Below are positions 7,901-15,423 of a stretch of 51,384 nucleotides of DNA, piece after piece. The notes under the pieces were generated by a model. The model was not told the origin of the DNA. It did no database searches and saw only the letters and a list, made by a program, of their open reading frames with translations. How positions within the stretch are numbered: position 1 is the stretch's first letter; every line of letters begins with the position of its first letter. Both the position numbers and the translations under genes were made by a program. This DNA comes from a virus (lineage: Duplodnaviria; Caudoviricetes). The stretch is from the IMG/VR virus record IMGVR_UViG_3300036792_000159, positions 1 through 51,384 of that record. The stretch is one strand, 5' to 3'.

Positions 7901-8620
7901 TCATGCCGCCCTCCTGGAGTAATACTTCCTCGCTACCCGTGCGATCTTCTCGGCCTCGGCTTGCGTGAAGGCATAGCGACCCCCGCGTTTGCCTATCTTC
8001 TTGATTCGCAGGAACTTACGAATTTCGGTAGGCTGAAGGTCTGCCAATTTCGCTACGTCTTTCGCGCCTAGGCCTTGGAATCTTGCGGGCTTACCGTTTT
8101 CCGGTGCTACGTAATCGGAGCGACTGCGACGCTCTTCACGTTTCTGCCTCTTCACCTCGCTTTCTTTGCGGGTCCATTCCGCGAAGAGGAGGGCCGACTG
8201 AGCTCGAGCCTTGTCTCTGCGTTCGTCCCCGGTCAACCCTTCTTCGATGAATTCTGCGAGGAACTTTCCCTTTTCACCTAAGCCTGCCATCTTCGTCCGT
8301 TGCTTTTCCGACAGGCGCCTCGGGTGAACTCGGAAGATGCGCGTTGCGGTCTTGGGCAGTTTCCTGGTGACGTGTTTACCGCGTACCTCTTTGGAGTAAC
8401 CTCCTCTCACCAAAGGGTAGGTTGCCCCACCGACCAGAGCCACGCCGGTGTCCATAGGTATCTCTGCTGCGGTGACGATCTTGTAGAGATCCGGTCGTCG
8501 TTTCCTCAGCACAGGGGGCGTTACCAGCGTGCGTTTGCCCTCCCGCAGGATCAGGTATATCGCAGTGCTGCCGCTCACCTGCCCCGGAATTACGTGGAGT
8601 TTTATCTTCGTAAGGTCCAT
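7901..8620 (-). CDS. Basic protein with the same C-terminal HTH-like domain
   Basis: GAKDVAKLADLQPTEIRKFLR...GGRYAF; TGATG coupling. Confidence 0.7.
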   Translation of the reverse strand: MDLTKIKLHVIPGQVSGSTAIYLILREGKRTLVTPPVLRKRRPDLYKIVTAAEIPMDTGVALVGGATYPLVRGGYSKEVRGKHVTRKLPKTATRIFRVHPRRLSEKQRTKMAGLGEKGKFLAEFIEEGLTGDERRDKARAQSALLFAEWTRKESEVKRQKREERRSRSDYVAPENGKPARFQGLGAKDVAKLADLQPTEIRKFLRIKKIGKRGGRYAFTQAEAEKIARVARKYYSRRAA

Positions 8621-9006
8621 CAGTCGCAGATCCTTCCGTTCCACTCCTGGGTCCCTACTTCACGCTTACCGATCCAGAAGCGCCACTTATCCACAACCCT
8701 GCCGGTGACTACTATCGTCCAGGTTCCTGGCTGACAGTTGATTACGGCGTGGCGCCACTCCTTCCCCCGGTAGCGGACGGCGGGGGCACGAACGTAGTCG
8801 GTAGGCCTGCCCTCCCCTACATCGTCGTACCCCCCTCTCAATACCAACGTGAGGAAGCTCCACGGATGTTTGTGCTGGTACTCCTCGGGATCACCTTTGA
8901 CCCAGTGGTGTAGACGAACGCTGAAGAGGCTGCCTACTTCGATCTTCCACCTGCGAAGATCGTTGCACTTGAAGTGCTCTGCATTGTGAAACTGCACAAT
9001 TGCCAT
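8620..9006 (-). CDS. Cupin-fold (cysteine-dioxygenase-like) phage protein
   Basis: RLHHW...HKHPWSFLTLVLRGGY...WRH; AAGGAGG SD. Confidence 0.7.
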   Translation of the reverse strand: MAIVQFHNAEHFKCNDLRRWKIEVGSLFSVRLHHWVKGDPEEYQHKHPWSFLTLVLRGGYDDVGEGRPTDYVRAPAVRYRGKEWRHAVINCQPGTWTIVVTGRVVDKWRFWIGKREVGTQEWNGRICD

Positions 9007-9157
9007 CTGTCCTCCTTTGTAAGACTGCGGTGCATAGGGTGCGGGCATACTAACAGCTTTTACAGATACCCGCGCTTGCAGGACTTTTGCAGCTACAGCA
9101 CGGGTTAGATGCCTAGTAGGTATAATTACCGCAGCAACTACAACCAGGAGGACACAC

Positions 9158-9340
9158 ATGGCAGAGAAAGCCACAAAACAGATAGTCATCAAGCTCGAAC
9201 ACGAGAAAGACACGAAAAACAAGGGGCGTTATAAAGAGGTCGGGGGCGCCAAGACGATGGGATACGCCTACGTCGACCTCAAGGAGCTGGAGAAGATCGG
9301 CAACCCGGAAAAGATCACCCTCACGATAACCCCCGCGTGA
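9158..9340 (+). CDS. Small hypothetical protein, first gene of the replication operon
   Basis: TATAAT at 9121; AGGAGG SD. Confidence 0.7.
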   Translation: MAEKATKQIVIKLEHEKDTKNKGRYKEVGGAKTMGYAYVDLKELEKIGNPEKITLTITPA

Positions 9341-9603
9341 TGGAATCCCAGTCACAGATAGAAACCAGCTGCGCAGGCTCACGTTACTGGGCTCAGGCCC
9401 GACACCACGAAGTGGTGGAGCGTGAGAGACGTCGACGCTATCTCCAGTACGTGTCGATCCCTGGGGTGATAGTAGGTGTAGCAGGGATGGTCCGTTACGT
9501 GACGCTACCCTACCCCGCTGCCCACTGGTACATCGGCCTTGCGTCGGTCATCGTGGTGGCCTTCTTCCTGTGCTTGCCCTCGGGTATGGCACACCGTTCA
9601 TGA
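9337..9603 (+). CDS. Two-TM membrane protein
   Basis: Two hydrophobic segments; coupled overlaps. Confidence 0.55.
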   Translation: MMESQSQIETSCAGSRYWAQARHHEVVERERRRRYLQYVSIPGVIVGVAGMVRYVTLPYPAAHWYIGLASVIVVAFFLCLPSGMAHRS

Positions 9604-9866
9604 TGGCTCTCTACCCGGTAGGAGAACGGGTCATGGCCGTGGAGGCTCCCAGCGAGAAGAAGCTGACCAGCGGGCTTATCCTGCCTGCCTCCTTGGAAGG
9701 GATCAAAGTAGCAATCATCGAAAAAGTAGGTATAGGTCTGGCGCTTGAGGCACTGGATCTCTCTGCGGGTGACGTCGTCTACTACATGGAGGCAAGCGAG
9801 CACAAGATCAAGGACAAATTGATCATCGAGGCTGCATACATCATCGCAATAGAGAGGCTTGACTAG
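9600..9866 (+). CDS. groES: GroES-like co-chaperonin
   Basis: LYPVGERVM...EKKLTSGLILP...VG...AGDVVYY...IIAI pattern. Confidence 0.75.
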   Translation: MMALYPVGERVMAVEAPSEKKLTSGLILPASLEGIKVAIIEKVGIGLALEALDLSAGDVVYYMEASEHKIKDKLIIEAAYIIAIERLD

Positions 9867-10253
9867 ATGGATATTTATGTCGCGGGCAAGACGGACGATT
9901 GGGAACGCGTCCGTCGGGTCCAGGAATCATTGGTCGAGGTTGGTCACATGATTACCTACGACTGGACTGTCAACGTCGAAGATGACGTAGACATGGGGTT
10001 AGAGGCAGACGAGAGAACGCGCCGTGAATGGGCAGACGATGATCAGCTTGGGGTGAAAAGGGCAGATACCGTCATCTTCATGGTTGAATCAGAGGGTCTA
10101 TCAGGAACCCTGATCGAGCTGGGGATGGCTCTGGCCTACGAAAAGAACGTTATCGTCGTAGGGATACCAGAGCGTAACTCCGTCTTCTTCTCCCATGCTC
10201 TGATTACGGAAGTTCCCCACGAGGATGACATCCTCTCGGTTCTCCCCGAGTAG
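9867..10253 (+). CDS. Nucleoside 2-deoxyribosyltransferase / (d)NMP N-glycosidase fold
   Basis: IYVAG, D...ADTVI, SGTLIELGMALA motifs. Confidence 0.75.
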   Translation: MDIYVAGKTDDWERVRRVQESLVEVGHMITYDWTVNVEDDVDMGLEADERTRREWADDDQLGVKRADTVIFMVESEGLSGTLIELGMALAYEKNVIVVGIPERNSVFFSHALITEVPHEDDILSVLPE

Positions 10254-11722
10254 TGGCAAAGTACAAATTTAAGACCAAGCCCTATACCCACCAGATAGAA
10301 GCCCTCAAAGTGCTCCTCCGCAACCGCGGGGGGGCGCTATTTATGGAGATGGGAACGGGTAAGAGCAAGGTCTGTATAGACTGGGTAGCCGCGGAAGCCG
10401 TACGCCTCGACGAGCGCGCTCCTGGCGTACGCTGCCTAATTACGTGCCCCCTGTCTGTAGTGGGGGTCTGGCCAAAAGAGATCGCTAAACATGATCCCTT
10501 TGCCGACAACGACTACATGGGCGCTGAATACCGGATAGTCAATTACGACAAAGTCTGGCGTCCACACGTCTACGACGAACTGGTTGAATGGCTCTGCGAG
10601 GTTCCACCCGAGAAACGTCTGATTATCGCAGACGAGAGCCACAAAATCAAAACCCACTCCAGTCGTAGATCCAAGGCCATGCACAGGCTGGGGCACTACA
10701 CCGAAAAGAAGGTCATCGCGTCGGGTACTCCAGTGACCAACAAGAACACGTTGGATCTGTTCTCGCAGTTCAAGTTCCTCCGTGAATCGATCTTCGGTAC
10801 CCACTTCGACCACTTCAAGCAAAAAGTCGCAGTCTTCAAGTGGAACAGCCCGGTCATACACAGGTTCAAGAACAAACGGTGGGTGCGTAAGAAGACGAAG
10901 CATCTTGTCTACCGCATCAAGAAGGACGAATGCCTCGACCTTCCTCCACGTACCCACGAGATCATCCCTGTGTTCCTGGAGCCACAGGCGCGCAGAGTGT
11001 ACGATCAGCTGGCCGAGCAGGCTATCACCGAATGGGCCGGGATGGAGGTAGAGGCGCCCCACGTTCTTACGCGCATGATGCGCCTGTCTCAGATAACCGG
11101 TGGGTGGCTGAAGGGAGACGAAGGGTACCGGAAGATCAGCAACGTCAAGATCGAGAAGCTCAAGGAGTTGCTCGACGACTTCCAAGACAATGAACGCCAA
11201 AAGCTTGTCATCTATGCCCGGTTCAAAAAAGAGTTGATAGACATCCGAAAGGCGGTGAAAGAGACAAACCACTACTACGTCTTGACCATCCGAGGCAAGA
11301 ACCGTAAGCGCCGAGAGCGCATCTACGAGGCGTTTGAGGCTATCGATCTACCTACTGTGCTGGTTGTGCAGCTTGCTACCGGCTCGGAAGGTCGTAACGA
11401 GCTCGTGGTAGCTCGGGAGGCAGTCTTTTTCTCCCACGATCAAAGCATGGTGCATTTCCACCAAGCACTAGATCGACTCCACAGGCCGGGCCAGTTACAT
11501 AAGGTCACGTATTACCATCTACTAGCAGATCTGACGCAGGATCCTCTAATCCTCCTAGGGTTACGCGAAAACTTCAGGGCAGCTGAGATGGCCTTAAAGT
11601 ACCCCAAGATGCTACATTCTTCAGCAGACACAGCACAAGTACAGGAGAGGCGACATGGCAAGAAAAAAAGGGAAAAAGCAGGGCGGCGGAAAGAAAAAGC
11701 CGAAGTTCGTAGGGGACGGTGA
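10253..11722 (+). CDS. SNF2-family DNA helicase
   Basis: MGTGKS, DESH, SGTP, QALDRLHRPGQ. Confidence 0.9.
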   Translation: MAKYKFKTKPYTHQIEALKVLLRNRGGALFMEMGTGKSKVCIDWVAAEAVRLDERAPGVRCLITCPLSVVGVWPKEIAKHDPFADNDYMGAEYRIVNYDKVWRPHVYDELVEWLCEVPPEKRLIIADESHKIKTHSSRRSKAMHRLGHYTEKKVIASGTPVTNKNTLDLFSQFKFLRESIFGTHFDHFKQKVAVFKWNSPVIHRFKNKRWVRKKTKHLVYRIKKDECLDLPPRTHEIIPVFLEPQARRVYDQLAEQAITEWAGMEVEAPHVLTRMMRLSQITGGWLKGDEGYRKISNVKIEKLKELLDDFQDNERQKLVIYARFKKELIDIRKAVKETNHYYVLTIRGKNRKRRERIYEAFEAIDLPTVLVVQLATGSEGRNELVVAREAVFFSHDQSMVHFHQALDRLHRPGQLHKVTYYHLLADLTQDPLILLGLRENFRAAEMALKYPKMLHSSADTAQVQERRHGKKKREKAGRRKEKAEVRRGR

Positions 11723-11873
11723 GGTTGCACAACTGCGACCACGCCGACGCATGCCGCATGTATCACAGGAGTACGCAGAGCTTGGCCACCCGGACGTCGC
11801 GTTCGAGCTGGTGAAGGGGCTGCGCCCAAGACATCGATTTGCAACCATAGGCACGGAGGTACGCCCAGCATGA
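11655..11873 (+). CDS. Small basic protein
   Basis: GAGG SD; ATGA coupling to the kinase gene. Confidence 0.5.
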   Translation: MARKKGKKQGGGKKKPKFVGDGEVAQLRPRRRMPHVSQEYAELGHPDVAFELVKGLRPRHRFATIGTEVRPA

Positions 11874-12421
11874 TTATCGTAGAGGGTCCCGATGGGGCCG
11901 GCAAGACCACGCTAGTAGACAGTCTCGTAGGGGACTTGATGCTTGACAAGGGGAAGCGAGCTACCAAGGATCGCAACAAGCTGTACGAGGTCACGCGCCA
12001 GGACACCTACACCGCGCTGGCCAAGGGGGTAAAAGGCCACAAGAAACCGCTGATCTGGGACCGTCTGTTCTTCAGCGAGATGGTCTACTCCCCGCTGGTA
12101 GGTAGAGCCTGCGAGTTCTCTGCGGAGGAGCAGGTCTTCGTCAAGAAAATTCTGTCAACCCTAGCGTGTCCGATCATCATGTGCCGTCCCACGTTGGACG
12201 TCGTCGAAAAGAACGTCCTAGAGGCCGACCAGATGGAGGGCGTGAAGGAAAACGTCCGAGGCATCTACAACGCCTACGGTAGTGTGGCAGAAGATATGCC
12301 GTGGCTTATCTGGTATGACTACACCGAAGAGCTGACCGGCAAGGGATCCTTCAAAACCTACGAGGAGATCGTCTTCGCAATCGAGCACTACATGACCCAT
12401 CGGTCAGTCAGGAGCTGGTAA
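11870..12421 (+). CDS. Thymidylate-kinase-like dNMP kinase
   Basis: IIVEGPDGAGKTT; WDRLFFSEMVY. Confidence 0.85.
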   Translation: MIIVEGPDGAGKTTLVDSLVGDLMLDKGKRATKDRNKLYEVTRQDTYTALAKGVKGHKKPLIWDRLFFSEMVYSPLVGRACEFSAEEQVFVKKILSTLACPIIMCRPTLDVVEKNVLEADQMEGVKENVRGIYNAYGSVAEDMPWLIWYDYTEELTGKGSFKTYEEIVFAIEHYMTHRSVRSW

Positions 12422-12425
12422 CACT

Positions 12426-12950
12426 ATGGACTGGCCTACTTTGGTCGAAGAGCGGAATGAGTGGGTGAAGCACAACTTTCCGGTGCCCACCGTCCCCAAT
12501 CCTGGAGAGTCGATCCTCGGTGTCATGGAGGAGGTAGGGGAGCTATCCCACGCCTACCTCAAGTCCGCGCAGAACATCCGCGGTGACAAGGATAAACACG
12601 AAGCCGACGCCAAGGATGCGGTGGCAGATATCACCATCTACCTCCTCGGTGTGATGAATATCTACGGCACTCCTCCCCCCAAGCACTACCTCAGAATCGA
12701 CACGCGGGACACGTTCGAGGCCATGATGATCCTCGGTAGGGCCGTGGGAGAACTCTGCTCCTCCAGTGCAGCGATTCCTGACCTCTACGCAGTAGAGAAA
12801 GTCGTCTGTGCTTGTGAAGAGATCTGCAAGCACTCCGACTGGGACTACGAAGAACTCGTCATCAGAACGTGGGAAGAGGTCAAGAAGCGAGATTGGGCCG
12901 CCTACCCGGAGACCGGACTGCCACCGGAGACGAAGACGGTCAACCTCTAA
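12426..12950 (+). CDS. MazG-like NTP pyrophosphohydrolase
   Basis: EEVGEL...DAVADITIYL; second degenerate AVGEL repeat; WEEVKKRDW. Confidence 0.8.
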   Translation: MDWPTLVEERNEWVKHNFPVPTVPNPGESILGVMEEVGELSHAYLKSAQNIRGDKDKHEADAKDAVADITIYLLGVMNIYGTPPPKHYLRIDTRDTFEAMMILGRAVGELCSSSAAIPDLYAVEKVVCACEEICKHSDWDYEELVIRTWEEVKKRDWAAYPETGLPPETKTVNL

Positions 12951-13759
12951 TGCCAGAGGCAAATCTCCAAGACCTCTGGCACGTTGCCTGTGAGGATATG
13001 CTGTACGCGGAGAGGGGTGACGCCCACATGAACGGCGTCACCTCTTTCCAGTTCGGCAAGCAATTCAAATCAGACTCGATGGATTTCGAGTTCGACCTCG
13101 GCAAGGAGCTATGGCTCACCAAGTCGCGCTTTACGTCTCTCAAGCGCGACTACATCGATCCCACTCGCCTGGCCTACTTCTTCAAGCAGGTGGAGGAACT
13201 TCCACACAGGAGGGTGGCTACTGCACAGATGATCTGTAGGATCAAGGGAGAGCGCAGCCACGGAGACAATTGGGTCAGCTACAAGTGGGGAAACTGCATC
13301 CTCGGGTTCTCGTTCCGTTCTGAACCAGAGCCCGAAATGTGCATGTACGCACGAACGACGCTTATCACTCGAATGGGGGGGATGGATCTTGCACTTGCCT
13401 ACGTCCTGGCGAAGTACGTTGCAGACATTCGCGAGGAAGACGTTACGGACTACAAATTCACATGGTACGTCGGCACCCTCTACCACTCGTCCCTCCATGC
13501 CATGCCCTACTTCTACTCGCATGGACATCACCTCAACATGTACGACTGGGACGCACATGACTACCCTGTGCTGGGAGCAATGCACAGGCAGCTGGAGTAC
13601 AACGATCGGCTAGACAAGGAACAACGTATCATCAAACATGGTACCAGGGAGCGACTACGCAAGCAGCGCCGCAAATTTCAGGCAGACGAAGATGCCCAGA
13701 TCGCGGTGCCCTGCCCTGTCGACTCCCTGGACCTCGAGAATCTGGAGGGCAAGCGATGA
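12950..13759 (+). CDS. Divergent thymidylate-synthase-fold protein
   Basis: GNCILGFSF...MYARTT...GGMD aligns with the TS elements PC...RSxD...N/D; coupled to the TS gene. Confidence 0.55.
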   Translation: MPEANLQDLWHVACEDMLYAERGDAHMNGVTSFQFGKQFKSDSMDFEFDLGKELWLTKSRFTSLKRDYIDPTRLAYFFKQVEELPHRRVATAQMICRIKGERSHGDNWVSYKWGNCILGFSFRSEPEPEMCMYARTTLITRMGGMDLALAYVLAKYVADIREEDVTDYKFTWYVGTLYHSSLHAMPYFYSHGHHLNMYDWDAHDYPVLGAMHRQLEYNDRLDKEQRIIKHGTRERLRKQRRKFQADEDAQIAVPCPVDSLDLENLEGKR

Positions 13760-14562
13760 TGAACTATGGAAATCACCCAATGCCAGGAATCCTGCGTTGG
13801 TTACGAGAGGATCTACTAGCCGCCCCGGAGGCAGACGTCAAAGAAGTCCACTCCCAAGACATCGCAGGAAAACCCGAGTACGTCACGAAGGAGCTGGAGA
13901 ATGTCACCTTCCAGACGTTGCTGCCCAGTGAAGCAGGAGATCTCGCAGCCATCACCGGGGCGAACTTGCCGTGGGCAGAGGATCACTTCTTGGAGCGCGT
14001 CAGTGGCAAACCTTGGAACCCCCCGCCCTCGGCGTCCTGGTGGCCCTACGCACAGAAGGGACACGAAAACCACGTAGACGAGAACGAACAGTTCTCTCAC
14101 ACCTACCCCGAGAGGTTCTGGCCCAAACACGCTGACCTTCCCCGGGGGAGAGAACACCACGGAATCCGTTATCGGTACGGGGACCTGGCAGACGTGGTTT
14201 CCCAGCTGCACAGGAACCCTGCAACGCGCCAGGCATACCTGCCCGTCTGGTTCCCAGAGGACACCGGGGCGCTCCAGGGACAACGCGTACCCTGCACCCT
14301 CGGGTACCACTTTCTCATCCGAGGCAACAGGCTCAACGTCACCTACTTCATCCGGTCGTGCGATTTCATGCGTCACTTCCGTGATGACGTCTATATGGCA
14401 GGGCGTCTCGCGCAGTGGGTATGCAACGAGCTCGTCCAGCGTGAGGGACCCGATGACCTCCCTGTACCACAGGGGTTGGTTGTAGGCCATCTGATCATGC
14501 ACATCGTCTCCATGCATATCTTCAAGGGCGATGTCCCGCTACTCGAAAGGCAGCACTCATGA
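13756..14562 (+). CDS. Thymidylate-synthase family / dCMP hydroxymethylase-like
   Basis: TRQA, VPCTLGYHF, RSCDFMRHFRDD, SMHIF. Confidence 0.85.
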   Translation: MMNYGNHPMPGILRWLREDLLAAPEADVKEVHSQDIAGKPEYVTKELENVTFQTLLPSEAGDLAAITGANLPWAEDHFLERVSGKPWNPPPSASWWPYAQKGHENHVDENEQFSHTYPERFWPKHADLPRGREHHGIRYRYGDLADVVSQLHRNPATRQAYLPVWFPEDTGALQGQRVPCTLGYHFLIRGNRLNVTYFIRSCDFMRHFRDDVYMAGRLAQWVCNELVQREGPDDLPVPQGLVVGHLIMHIVSMHIFKGDVPLLERQHS

Positions 14563-14996
14563 GACCTACCCGCGGAGAAATATTCATGCGCGCTGCGCAT
14601 CTGTTCGCAGAACGCTCTACCTGCGAACGTGCGCACGTAGGAGCAGTCCTCGTGGCAAACAAACGCATCATCGCGCACGGCTACAACGGGGCGCCTCCCG
14701 GTATGCCCCACTGTACCGACGTAGGCTGCGAGGTACTGGACCAGGGCTGCCAGCGCACGGTACACGCAGAGGCAAACGTCATAGCCTACGCGGCCAGGGC
14801 AGGCATCCCTACCGAGGGGTCGTTCATGTTCTGCACCCACTCCCCATGTCGCAAATGCATGGAGCTGGCCTCCTGTGCTGGGGTCGTGGAAATAATCTAC
14901 GACAAGAAATACCGGGCTACCCCATTCGAGCTCGCACCGGCAATGGGAATCATCCTCGTAGGGGCGGAGGGCGTCGATGCCAGAGATGAATTCTAA
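14559..14996 (+). CDS. dCMP deaminase
   Basis: RSTC, GYNG, HAEAN, PCRKC. Confidence 0.92.
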   Translation: MRPTRGEIFMRAAHLFAERSTCERAHVGAVLVANKRIIAHGYNGAPPGMPHCTDVGCEVLDQGCQRTVHAEANVIAYAARAGIPTEGSFMFCTHSPCRKCMELASCAGVVEIIYDKKYRATPFELAPAMGIILVGAEGVDARDEF

Positions 14997-15423
14997 CGCC
15001 GAGGATTCGATGGAGGGCTACGTCGGCCCTGGACGGAAACAGATGCCTACCGACAGAGAGGGGCTCACTCACCGGGTAACCATCGGGGGGATGCAGGGTT
15101 ACATCACGGCAAACCCGCAGGAAGACGGGACGCTCGGGGAGATCTTCATCCACGGGTTCGGCCAGCTCGGTAGCACCAATGCAGGGTGGACCAACGCGTT
15201 TGCGATCATGGTGTCGATCGGCTTGCAGTACGGAGTAGAACTACCGATGCTGGCCCGCAAGTTTGCCCACATGAAATTCGATCCGATGGGTGAAACCGAC
15301 AACCCCGATATCCCACACTGTCAGTCGATACCCGACTACATCTTCAAGTGGATCGCTCTGCACTACGGGGATGAGAAACTCCAGGAAGAACTCCGCAAGA
15401 TCGACGAGGAGTTGGGTAGGTGA
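14977..15423 (+). CDS. Stand-alone class II RNR C-terminal (TSCPD/NrdJb-like) domain
   Basis: GEIFI...GST...SIGLQYGV...KF.P.G.T.NPDIP...SIPDYIF. Confidence 0.75.
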   Translation: MPEMNSNAEDSMEGYVGPGRKQMPTDREGLTHRVTIGGMQGYITANPQEDGTLGEIFIHGFGQLGSTNAGWTNAFAIMVSIGLQYGVELPMLARKFAHMKFDPMGETDNPDIPHCQSIPDYIFKWIALHYGDEKLQEELRKIDEELGR

